Positions 45,429 to 53,998 of a stretch of 64,000 bases of DNA are shown in pieces. The stretch spans positions 291 through 64,290 of the forward strand of contig JAIENU010000011.1 of assembly GCA_019751125.1 (NCBI GenBank). Reading direction: 5' to 3'. This stretch comes from Burkholderiales bacterium. GTDB taxonomy: Bacteria > Pseudomonadota > Gammaproteobacteria > Burkholderiales > SG8-41. Numbering within the stretch: the first letter of the stretch is position 1; every line of letters begins with the position of its first letter. A program made the translations under genes and the position numbers. The notes under the pieces were generated by a model. That model made no database searches. It saw only the letters and a list, made by a program, of their open reading frames with translations, and was not told where the DNA came from.

Positions 45429-46604
45429 TTGCATGCCGCGCACCGCGGTGGCCGCGTGATCACGCGGATTCCGGCCTATCTTTATCGCGGTGGTACTTCC
45501 AAGGGGCCGTTGATCCTCGCCCGTGATCTGCCGGCCGGGCGCGAGGTGCTCGACCGCACGATGCTCGCGGCGATGGGGTCGCCGCACAAGCGCCAGATTG
45601 ACGGTATCGGCGGCGCGGAAACGCTGACCAGCAAGATCGCCGTGGTGTCGAAGTCGGCGCGCGCCGATGCGGACATCGATTACCTGTTCATCCAGGTCAA
45701 TCCGGAATCGGATATCGTCGATTACTCGTCCAACTGCGGCAACATGCTGAGCGCCGTCGGGCCGTTCGCGCTGGAAATGGGCTTGATGCCCGGGCGTGAT
45801 CCGGTAACCACGGTGCGCATCTACAACATCAATACCGACAGCCTGATCGAAGTCATCCTGCAGACGCCCGGCGGCGTGATCAGTTACGACGGCGATGCGG
45901 CCATCGACGGGGTGCCGGGCATGGCGGCGCCGGTGCGGCAGAACTTCGCGCGTGCCGTGGGCAGCAAAACGGGCCGGTTGTTTCCGACGGGCCACCACAC
46001 CGAGATGATCGACGGCATCGAAGTGACCTGCATTGATGTCGCGGTGCCGATGGTGATCGTGCCGGCAGCGGCGGTCGGTTGCAGCGGTCACGAAACCAAG
46101 GCCGATCTCGACGCCAATGCGTCACTGATTGCACGCCTGGATCGCATGCGGGTGGAGGCGGGGCTGCGCATGGGCCTCGGCGACTGCAGTGCGCTGGTGG
46201 TGCCCAAGCCGGTGCTGGTGGCCGCACCGGCGGGTTCGGGCAGCATCGCGTCGCGGGATTTTGTGCCGTTTAACTGCCACGCCACCTATTCGGTGACGGG
46301 ATCGATCGCGTTGTCGGTGGCCTGCCGGATAAGCGGCACGGTGGCCTCGCGCCTGGCGCGGCCGCAGGCGGCGGCTCCGGGGGTTGTCAGCATCGAGCAT
46401 CCCGGCGGCGTGATCGACGTGGGCGTCCGCCTTCGCGAGAGCGGCAGCGAGATCGTGCTCGAGGAGGCCAGCCTGCTGCGCACCTGCCGCAAGCTGTTCG
46501 AGGGTCAGATCTGCATTCCTGCCCGGGTGTGGGACGGCGCAGGCCGCGCGGCCAGTGCTGCGCAGATTGCCGCCGGCCTCGGCATGCCCGCAGCCACCCT
46601 CTGA
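45429..46604 (+). CDS. PrpF-family isomerase (4-oxalomesaconate tautomerase/methylitaconate isomerase-like)
   Basis: IPAYLYRGGTSKGPL N-terminal hallmark, about 380 aa. The ORF-track start is TTG 45429; GTG 45456 is an alternative. Confidence 0.8.
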   Translation: MHAAHRGGRVITRIPAYLYRGGTSKGPLILARDLPAGREVLDRTMLAAMGSPHKRQIDGIGGAETLTSKIAVVSKSARADADIDYLFIQVNPESDIVDYSSNCGNMLSAVGPFALEMGLMPGRDPVTTVRIYNINTDSLIEVILQTPGGVISYDGDAAIDGVPGMAAPVRQNFARAVGSKTGRLFPTGHHTEMIDGIEVTCIDVAVPMVIVPAAAVGCSGHETKADLDANASLIARLDRMRVEAGLRMGLGDCSALVVPKPVLVAAPAGSGSIASRDFVPFNCHATYSVTGSIALSVACRISGTVASRLARPQAAAPGVVSIEHPGGVIDVGVRLRESGSEIVLEEASLLRTCRKLFEGQICIPARVWDGAGRAASAAQIAAGLGMPAATL

Positions 46605-46617
46605 TCTGTGGCGACGT

Positions 46618-47820
46618 TCAGGCGCGCTTCAGGAATGCGCGGCTGAGTTCCAGCACCCGTTCAATGTCGGCCATGCTGTTGTAGGCGTGGCATGAAAAAC
46701 GCATCACGCCGCGGCGCATCGACAGCTTGACCTTGTTGTCGATCAGAAACTGGTGCAGGCCGAGCACGGTTTCGTTGCTGGTGTATTTGTCGCTGCCCGA
46801 GCCGAAATCACCGACGGTGACGGTGTGTGCGATGTGCGGCCCCGGTGCGCCGCCGCAGACCGGCAGGCCGAGTTCGAGCAGGCCCCTGGACAAGGCATGG
46901 CCGAGGCGTGTGGCGTGCGCCTCGATGTTCGCCACGCCGAGTTGCAGCAGGAAACTCAGCGAGGCATGTGCGGCGACGATCGCGACATAGTTGTAGTTGC
47001 CGAGGTCGAAGCGGTGTGCGCCGGGCAGCAGGCTGTAGTGTGTGCCGCCGCCCTCCGATTCATGCGCATCGCCGAGGTCGACGCCGAAGCGTGCAAGGTA
47101 GGCCGGCTGCATGCGCTCGGCCCAGGCCTTGCGCAGATACAGGAAGCCCATGCCGTAGAGGCCGAGCAGGCCCTTCTGGGTGGACACCGAAAGGGCGTCC
47201 ACTTGCGACTGCACGACGTCGATCTCGACCACGCCGGCCGACTGCGCGGCATCCACCAGGAACAGCACGTCGCGTTCTCGGCAGGCGCGGCCGAGGCGGT
47301 CGATGTCGGTGCGGAAACCTGGCGAAAACGTGACGGTGGAGGCGGTGAGTATGCGGGTGCCGCTGTCGATCGCGGCGATCATCTCGTCCACCGGCATGTG
47401 GCCGTTGCGGTGCGGAATCAGCTTGACGGTGAGGCCGCGCCGCTGCTGGTTGAGCCAGGGGTAGAGGTTGTTGGGGTGCTCTAGGTCGGCGCAGACGATG
47501 ACGTTGTCGCCGGGCTTCCAGTCGAAGGCGGTGGCGACCATGTTCAGGCCTTCGGAGATGTTCTTGGTGTAGGCGATGTCTTCCGGTGCGGCGTGGATCA
47601 GCCGGGCAAACAGCGCGCGGGTTTCATGCGTGCGCTGGAACATGAAGTCCTTGTTGCCGCCGTTGTTCATGTGGTCGTCGAGCTGGGCGTCGACCGCGGC
47701 GCGGACTTCGGTGGAGAGCAGGCCGCGGCCGCCGAGGTCGAGGTAGGTCCAGCGGTCGGTGCCTGGAAACCGGGCGCGCGCTCCGGCAACGGGATCAAAC
47801 TGGGGTGCGGGCTGGTTCAT
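46618..47820 (-). CDS. Aminotransferase class V-fold PLP-dependent enzyme (paralog)
   Basis: About 400 aa. Contains FPGTDRWTYLDLGGRGLLS, LFLVDAAQSAGVVEIDV and STQKGLLG. Start set at ATG 47820. Confidence 0.8.
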   Translation of the reverse strand: MNQPAPQFDPVAGARARFPGTDRWTYLDLGGRGLLSTEVRAAVDAQLDDHMNNGGNKDFMFQRTHETRALFARLIHAAPEDIAYTKNISEGLNMVATAFDWKPGDNVIVCADLEHPNNLYPWLNQQRRGLTVKLIPHRNGHMPVDEMIAAIDSGTRILTASTVTFSPGFRTDIDRLGRACRERDVLFLVDAAQSAGVVEIDVVQSQVDALSVSTQKGLLGLYGMGFLYLRKAWAERMQPAYLARFGVDLGDAHESEGGGTHYSLLPGAHRFDLGNYNYVAIVAAHASLSFLLQLGVANIEAHATRLGHALSRGLLELGLPVCGGAPGPHIAHTVTVGDFGSGSDKYTSNETVLGLHQFLIDNKVKLSMRRGVMRFSCHAYNSMADIERVLELSRAFLKRA

Positions 47821-47970
47821 GGCGATCTCCTGATTTCGCGCGGGTGTTGAGGTGGAAGGGTGTAAGGGTGCAGGTGTGCTGCTGATCTTACTCCGCGTCA
47901 TCGAAACCGCACAGTTCACAGTGTGGCAAGGAAATCATGATTTAATGGCGCGGTCATCGGGGGGGGTGTC

Positions 47971-48552
47971 ATGGCTGTTCTGATTCTGGGGTTGATCATT
48001 TTTCTGGGCGCACATTCCGCGCGTATTGTTGCCGAGCCCTGGCGCCTGCGCACCATCGGGCGCATTGGCGAGCTGCCGTGGAAGGGGCTGTATTCGCTGG
48101 TCTCGCTGGCGGGGTTTGTGCTGATCGTCATCGGCTACGGCGAGGCGCGACAACTCGGGCTGCCGCTCTATGACCCGCCGGTGTTCACGCGCCACATTGC
48201 TTCGCTGCTGATGCTGCCGGCGATGGTGCTGCTGGTGGCGGCCTATGTGCCGCGCAATCATCTCAAGGCGCGCTTCGGCCATCCCATGCTGCTCGCGGTG
48301 AAGCTGTGGGCGCTGGCGCACCTGTTGTCGAACGGCCGTGCCGCCGAGGTGCTGTTGTTCGGTGCGTTCCTGGCGTGGGCGGTGGCCGATTTCATCGCCG
48401 CGCGCCGCCGCGACCGCGCAGCAGCCACGGTGTATCCGGCAGGCGAGGGTCTGCGCACGGTGATCGTGGTGGTTGCCGGCGTGTTGCTGTGGGCGGTGTT
48501 CGCTGCTGTGCTCCATCAATCGCTGATCGGCGTGGCGCCTTTTGCGCGCTGA
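47971..48552 (+). CDS. NnrU-family membrane protein
   Basis: 193 aa, multi-TM. The N-terminus MAVLILGLIIFLGAHSARIV...WKGLYSLVSLAGFVLIV is typical of NnrU. Confidence 0.75.
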   Translation: MAVLILGLIIFLGAHSARIVAEPWRLRTIGRIGELPWKGLYSLVSLAGFVLIVIGYGEARQLGLPLYDPPVFTRHIASLLMLPAMVLLVAAYVPRNHLKARFGHPMLLAVKLWALAHLLSNGRAAEVLLFGAFLAWAVADFIAARRRDRAAATVYPAGEGLRTVIVVVAGVLLWAVFAAVLHQSLIGVAPFAR

Positions 48553-48576
48553 CCGCCAGTCCAACCGGATTTGTGT

Positions 48577-49770
48577 ATGAGCGGCATGACTGTCACGGCC
48601 ATCGAGCCGCTGGTGTTCAACGTTTCGGAAAAAACCAACTGGTTTTTTATCCGGGTCACCGCGGAGAACGGGCTCTCCGGCATCGGCGAGGCTTCGCTCA
48701 ACGGCTACGAGCCCGCGCAGCGGGCGATGGCTGAAGACCTGGCCTGCGACTGGATCGGCCTCACGGTGAATGAATTGCTACTGCAACTGAAGGTGTATCC
48801 GCATTCACCCGGCGGGTTGATCGCAGCATCGGTCATCAGCGCCACCGAGCAGGCAGTGACCGATCTGCGCGCGAAGGCGGCCGGTGTGCCGGTGCATGAG
48901 CTGCTCGGTGGCGCACAACGAGGTGCAGAAAAACGCCGCGCTGTAAGGGTTTACGCCAACATCAACCGCGGCGCGCGCGACCGCAGCCCCGAGGGCATTG
49001 CGCGAGCGGCAAAGCATGCGGTGGCCGAGGGTTACCGCGCGGTGAAGATCGCGCCCTTTGATGGCGTGTATTGGGGTAACAGCGGGGGCAACGACGCAGC
49101 CGATGTAGAGGCGCGCACCCGCGCCGGCCTCGCGCGTGTGGCGGCCATCCGCGAGGCGGTGGGGCCTGATGTCGAGGTGCTGGTGGATTGCCACTGGCGT
49201 TTTGACGAGGACGGTGCGCGGCGGCTGATCCAGGATTTCAGATCGGTGCGGCTGTACTGGATCGAATGCCCGATTTCGGAGAATGCCGATGCCTTTGCCC
49301 GGCTGCAGCGCATACACGCCGAGGCTCGCGCAGCCGGCATGAAGCTCGCCGGGGCCGAGCGGCAGATCGGGCTTGCCGGTTTCCTGCCCTTCATCGACGA
49401 CGGCCTGCTCGATGTGGTGATGCCCGACATCAAATACGCCGGCGGTTATGGCGAGATGCTGAAGATTGCCGAGCGCTGCGCGCAGCGCGGCGTGGCCTTC
49501 GCGCCGCACAACCCGACCGGGCCGGTGTGCAATCTCGCGAGCATGCATCTGTGCGTGGTGGCGCCGGCTTTTCTGGTGCTGGAGCACCAGCTGGCCGAGT
49601 CGCCGCTGTTTTATGACGTGGTGGGCGGTTACCGGCCGCAGCTGGTGGATGGATGCTTTGTGCTGCCCGACGCGCCGGGTCTCGGGGTTACGCTCGATGA
49701 AGCGGTACTCAAGGCGCATCCCTTCCGCCGGCTGGCGGCGAATGCGAATCTGGATGAGCGGCTGGGCTGA
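48577..49770 (+). CDS. Enolase-superfamily enzyme (mandelate racemase/muconate lactonizing family, acid-sugar dehydratase-like)
   Basis: Contains KIAPFD, VLVDCHWRF, LYWIECP and KLAGAERQ, matching the metal-ligand layout of MR/MLE enzymes. ATG 48577 is preferred over TTG 48571. Confidence 0.85.
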   Translation: MSGMTVTAIEPLVFNVSEKTNWFFIRVTAENGLSGIGEASLNGYEPAQRAMAEDLACDWIGLTVNELLLQLKVYPHSPGGLIAASVISATEQAVTDLRAKAAGVPVHELLGGAQRGAEKRRAVRVYANINRGARDRSPEGIARAAKHAVAEGYRAVKIAPFDGVYWGNSGGNDAADVEARTRAGLARVAAIREAVGPDVEVLVDCHWRFDEDGARRLIQDFRSVRLYWIECPISENADAFARLQRIHAEARAAGMKLAGAERQIGLAGFLPFIDDGLLDVVMPDIKYAGGYGEMLKIAERCAQRGVAFAPHNPTGPVCNLASMHLCVVAPAFLVLEHQLAESPLFYDVVGGYRPQLVDGCFVLPDAPGLGVTLDEAVLKAHPFRRLAANANLDERLG

Positions 49771-49796
49771 GCTTCCATGAAAAAACAACTTACAGG

Positions 49797-50786
49797 ATGG
49801 GCAGGATGAACAGGATTAATCAAAAAAACGCTGCAGTGCTTTGCATGCTGGTGCTGTCGTTTGTGGTGATGCCGGCATCGGCGCAGCCCTATCCGTCGAA
49901 AACCATCCGCATGATCGTGCCTTCGGCGCCGGGCAGCGGGCCCGACCTCATCGCGCGGGTCACCGCGCAGAAACTGAGCGAGCAGCTTGGCCGCTCGGTG
50001 GTTGCCGATCCGCGCCCCGGTGCGGGCGGCAGCCTCGGCGCGGAGCTGGCGGCAAAGGCGCCGGCCGATGGCTACACGCTGATCATGGCCAGCGCGGGTT
50101 CCCATTCGGTGAATCCCGCGCTGTATCCGAAGTTGCCCTACGACGCGGTGAAGGACTTTGCGCCGATCGGTCTGGTATCGACCGCACCCAACATCCTGAT
50201 CGTGCATCCCTCGCTGCCGGTGAAAACGGTGAAGGATTTGATTGCGCTGGCGAGGGCAAAGCCCGGCGCGCTGACTTTCGGCTCTGGCGGCAATGGCAGT
50301 ACGGCGCATCTGTCGGGCGAACTGTTCCGCGTGCTGGCCAAGGTGAACATGGTGCATGTGCCGTTCAAGGGGGCGCCGTCGGCGGTGATCGGCGTGATGA
50401 CCGGCGAGATTTCGCTGGCCATCCTCAACCTGCCGCCGGCCTTGCCGCATGTCAAAAGCGGCAAGCTGAAGGCGCTCGGTGTGAGCACTGCAAAACGTTC
50501 ATCGGCGGTGCCGGAGATTCCGTCCATCGCCGAAGCCGGACTGCCCGCTTATGACGCCAGCACCTGGTACGGCCTGCTAGCACCGGCGGGCACGCCCGGC
50601 GAGATCATCACCCGGCTCAGCAGCGAACTGATGAAGGCGTTGCGCAGCGACGACATGAAAAAACGCATCGCCGTCGAAGGCGGTGACATCGCCGGCGGTA
50701 CGCCCGAGGATTTTGCGGCGCTGATCAAGCGTGACATCGCCAAGTGGACGCAGGTGGTGCAGGCCTCGGGAGCGAAGGCTGATTGA
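49797..50786 (+). CDS. Bug/TctC-family substrate-binding protein
   Basis: Signal peptide followed by PYPSKTIRMIVPSAPGSGPD. An alternative ATG lies at 49806. Confidence 0.9.
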   Translation: MGRMNRINQKNAAVLCMLVLSFVVMPASAQPYPSKTIRMIVPSAPGSGPDLIARVTAQKLSEQLGRSVVADPRPGAGGSLGAELAAKAPADGYTLIMASAGSHSVNPALYPKLPYDAVKDFAPIGLVSTAPNILIVHPSLPVKTVKDLIALARAKPGALTFGSGGNGSTAHLSGELFRVLAKVNMVHVPFKGAPSAVIGVMTGEISLAILNLPPALPHVKSGKLKALGVSTAKRSSAVPEIPSIAEAGLPAYDASTWYGLLAPAGTPGEIITRLSSELMKALRSDDMKKRIAVEGGDIAGGTPEDFAALIKRDIAKWTQVVQASGAKAD

Positions 50787-50819
50787 TGGTGGGCCGGTGA
50801 GTGGATTGGGGTTTGTGTT

Positions 50820-50868
50820 TTATTGATAAAAATTATCAATAAAAACAATGGCTTATTTGATTTCTTCC
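50820..50868 (+). repeat. AT-rich intergenic element (core AAAAACAA), copy e
   Basis: The sequence is ttattgataaaaattatcaatAAAAACAAtggcttatttgatttcttcc, with the core at 50841-50848. It contains the palindrome TTGATAA-aaa-TTATCAA. Confidence 0.55.
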
Positions 50869-50968
50869 CTCTTGATGCATGGCGTCTTGCTGCCGCGTTG
50901 CTGACCCAGGTGGCGTGTATTTGCTGTCCTTGGCTGGTCAGCGCTGCTGACTAAAGCAAGCGGCAACT

Positions 50969-51727
50969 GTGCAGTATTGCGCTGGTGCGGTGCAGGCGGC
51001 GCGGCCACAATCGCGCGGTGAATTTGCCCGCGGGGAGGGGCTCTTGAATCATCGCAAAGCCAATACGCTGGAACTGTTTGTCGAACACCTTCTGCGCCTG
51101 CCGTGGTGGGCCGGCGTGCTTGCCGCCTTGATGTCGTGGGCGGCGTCTTATGCGCTGATTGATGCCGTGACCACGGTCAAGGGTGCCGAGCTCTCGACAT
51201 TGCAGCAGATCGCGCTGCCTGCGCTGCGTGACCTCGCCAAGGTGGCCATGGTGCTGCTGCCGGCGGCCTTTCTGACTTTGGCCTTGTGGTCAGCCTGGCT
51301 CGGTTACCGTCATCAGCGCAATTACAACGAGGTGGCCGATGAGCATGGCGCTTCGCTGCTGCAGAAACTGTCCAGCCGCGAATTCGAAAACCTGGTGGCT
51401 GAATTTTTCCGGCGCAAGGGTTTTGCCGTGGAGCAGCGCGGCACGCGCATGCCGGAAGCCGGCGTCGATCTGGTGGCGAGCATCGGCGAGGATCGATACC
51501 TCGTGCAGTGCAAGCACTGGCGCGTGCAGCGTGTCGGTGTCGCGGTGGTGCGCGAGCTGTGTGCGGTGGCCGAGACCGAAGGTGCTGTCGGCGTGTTCGT
51601 GGTCACCTCGGGCAGCTTCACCGACGAGGCGCGGCGTTACGTCGAGTGCAACCGCATCACCATCGAGCTGATTACCGGAGATCAGCTGCGCCGGATGATC
51701 CGCGGGCTTGATCCGGTCGCGGCCTGA
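50969..51727 (+). CDS. Membrane-anchored restriction endonuclease, Mrr-type catalytic domain
   Basis: Two N-terminal TM segments are followed by LSSREFENLVAEFFRRKGFAVEQRG...GVDLVA...YLVQCKHW (Mrr_cat D...(Q/E)xK core). The GTG start is uncertain; TTG 51044 preceded by ggggagggg is an alternative. Confidence 0.75.
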   Translation: MQYCAGAVQAARPQSRGEFARGEGLLNHRKANTLELFVEHLLRLPWWAGVLAALMSWAASYALIDAVTTVKGAELSTLQQIALPALRDLAKVAMVLLPAAFLTLALWSAWLGYRHQRNYNEVADEHGASLLQKLSSREFENLVAEFFRRKGFAVEQRGTRMPEAGVDLVASIGEDRYLVQCKHWRVQRVGVAVVRELCAVAETEGAVGVFVVTSGSFTDEARRYVECNRITIELITGDQLRRMIRGLDPVAA

Positions 51728-51734
51728 ACCGCCG

Positions 51735-53873
51735 CTACTTCAGCACATTGCTCGCTTCGGCCTGCTTGATCAGCGCTGCCGCGTCACGTTCCAGCAAAAA
51801 GCCCGCGGCCTTCACCTTCTCGGTGGCCTTGCGCACCGCTTCGACATAACCGGCGTGTGAACCGTAGCGCTCTTCCAGCGACGGGCGCGGATCGTTGTTG
51901 GCTTCACGTTCGGCCTTGCTGCGCGCGAAGGGCACCATGCCGCCGGCGTAGTTGCAGATCTGGCCGTCGTGGAAACCGCCGGCGGTGATGTTCCAGCCGG
52001 TATAGGTGCCCAGCGGCGCTTCGAGCAGCACCACCGGGATGCCGCCGATTTCGTTGCCGTCGGCATTCACCTTCGGCACGCGCATCGGCAGGGTCTGGCG
52101 GATGCGTGGCGGGACCACGGTCGGAATACCCGAGGCATCATTGGCGTCGAACTGGCGGCCCCAGTCGTAATCGAGGAAGGGATTGATCAGGTCGGCTTCG
52201 GGTGCGGTGGCACGCAGGCCGGGCAGTGTCGGGAAACCCATCGCCGCCTTGTTCGGCTCGACCAGTTCGCCGGACTTCAGTGTCGGAAAACGGCTCGGCG
52301 GCGGTGCGACATCCTTCATCACCCAGTTGCGGAAATGCACGGTGATCGCACGCCACGGTTCGTCATGCGACAGCGGGTTGGCGGGCAGCACGCCGCGGCC
52401 CCAGTTGTTGCCGGGGCAACTGACCGGCTTCGCCTTCTGGTGGAACTCAGCAAGGCTGGCGTTGAAGCCGCCGCTGCCGCCGCCGTGGGTGCTGCTCGCC
52501 ACGTAATAGCGGCGCACGTTGTCGGGCAGGGGAATGTCCTGTTTCGCATCGGTGCCGATCCACTCGGGGCCGAGTTTCAGCGCCCAGATTTCAGCGGCGC
52601 CGAAATGTTCGATGATTTTCGGGCAGGTGTTGCTGGCCATGCAGCGGTCCTGGATGCTGCGCGCCGGCAGGTTGCGCGCGCGGTCGGGCCAGGGCAGCCA
52701 CCATTGCGGGCCTTCACTGCCGGCCTGGTACAGCTCAAGCACGCCATCGGGCTGGGCCCAGCGGAAATTGAGTGCGATGCGCCGGCCGGCGATCACCGGC
52801 CACATGCCGTCGTGCACCCTTTTTTTGCTTTCATCCTGGTTGAAGCCAAGATGCAGCCAGCCGCGCAGATAGTTGCCCGACTGCGAGCGGCCGCGGGCAA
52901 TGCTGTGCGTGGTGAGTCCGGCAATCGGATTGGCGGTGCCGTGGTCATCGGCCTTGGCGTATTTGAAAAAGGAGCCGAGGTCACGCCAGGCGGCGAAGCC
53001 GATGCCCAGCGGGTAGGGATCCTTCGCGGTATAGACCACCTGGTAGAGCTTCGCACCATCAAAGCCGCCCTTGAGGCAGATCTGCACCGGCAGTTGGGTC
53101 AGCGGGACCGGATCGTCGAAGGTGCCGCCGCCGCAGAATTTCCAGTCCGCAGCGGCGATACGGGTTTCACCGCGTACCTTGCCGTCGATGGTTTCGTGTT
53201 CGCGCGAGACCAGCGTCGCCTGCGTGGTGTCGAGGCTCGCCGGCATATAGGGCACCGGATTGGTTTGCACGATCAGCGGCTGCGCGCCGGGACCGCTGCG
53301 GTTGATGATGCGTGCGAACACCGGGCCGGTGACCGGTGAGCCGTCGCTGTTTTTCACTACCGGCAGCTGCAGCCAGTGGTTGGCGCCGGTGCCCATGGTC
53401 TCGCGCACGGTGGTGCCCAACGCGGTGCCGAAGCCGGCGTTGTCGCCCTGCCAGGCGGTGGCGAGGCCGATGTCGCCGAATTCACGCTCCTGGGTCGAGA
53501 TCAGCACCAGCCGGCCGCGGTTGGGCACTTCATGCCACAACATGCCGCTCACCTTACTGTTGTCGATGGGTTTGGTGATGACGAAGGTGGCGACATAACG
53601 CACCTTGCCGTCGCGGTCCTTGACGAGCTGGATGTCCTGGATCAGCGCGTTGAGCGGATCGTTGGGATCAAGTTCGCCGAAGGCGCGGCCGGAGATTTGT
53701 TCGTACTGGCCGGCACTGCCATAGCTGTTGCAGTGTTCACCCTTGCAGAAGGCCGGCGACACGGTCTGGTCGATGACGATGCGGGTGACCCGTGCCGAAG
53801 CCGGCGCGCTGGCGAGTGTGATGGCGGTAATGCAGGCGGCCGCAAAAACGGCGCCGATGGGACGATTCATCAT
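51735..53873 (-). CDS. Large secreted protein of unknown function (about 712 aa)
   Basis: Strong SD (ggaggggg) and signal peptide MMNRPIGAVFAAACITAITLASAPASA. No catalytic motif that I can name with confidence. Confidence 0.6.
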   Translation of the reverse strand: MMNRPIGAVFAAACITAITLASAPASARVTRIVIDQTVSPAFCKGEHCNSYGSAGQYEQISGRAFGELDPNDPLNALIQDIQLVKDRDGKVRYVATFVITKPIDNSKVSGMLWHEVPNRGRLVLISTQEREFGDIGLATAWQGDNAGFGTALGTTVRETMGTGANHWLQLPVVKNSDGSPVTGPVFARIINRSGPGAQPLIVQTNPVPYMPASLDTTQATLVSREHETIDGKVRGETRIAAADWKFCGGGTFDDPVPLTQLPVQICLKGGFDGAKLYQVVYTAKDPYPLGIGFAAWRDLGSFFKYAKADDHGTANPIAGLTTHSIARGRSQSGNYLRGWLHLGFNQDESKKRVHDGMWPVIAGRRIALNFRWAQPDGVLELYQAGSEGPQWWLPWPDRARNLPARSIQDRCMASNTCPKIIEHFGAAEIWALKLGPEWIGTDAKQDIPLPDNVRRYYVASSTHGGGSGGFNASLAEFHQKAKPVSCPGNNWGRGVLPANPLSHDEPWRAITVHFRNWVMKDVAPPPSRFPTLKSGELVEPNKAAMGFPTLPGLRATAPEADLINPFLDYDWGRQFDANDASGIPTVVPPRIRQTLPMRVPKVNADGNEIGGIPVVLLEAPLGTYTGWNITAGGFHDGQICNYAGGMVPFARSKAEREANNDPRPSLEERYGSHAGYVEAVRKATEKVKAAGFLLERDAAALIKQAEASNVLK

Positions 53874-53998
53874 GACCCCCTCCGGTCGTGGACGATGCAA
53901 CTTGTTATGCATGCACTTTACCGGAAATTGCTGCTGGCGCGGCTGGGCTAAACTCCGGTCATCGGCGGCGCGGGCCGTCCATGACCTGGAGTGTGAGA

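Noticed and set aside
50841-50868. Reading the AT-rich elements as sigma54 promoters, because of the TGGC in AAAAACAATGGCTTAT.
   Set aside because: The GC dinucleotide expected about 10-11 nt after the GG is absent in every copy. Copies b, c and f also lack the GG itself.
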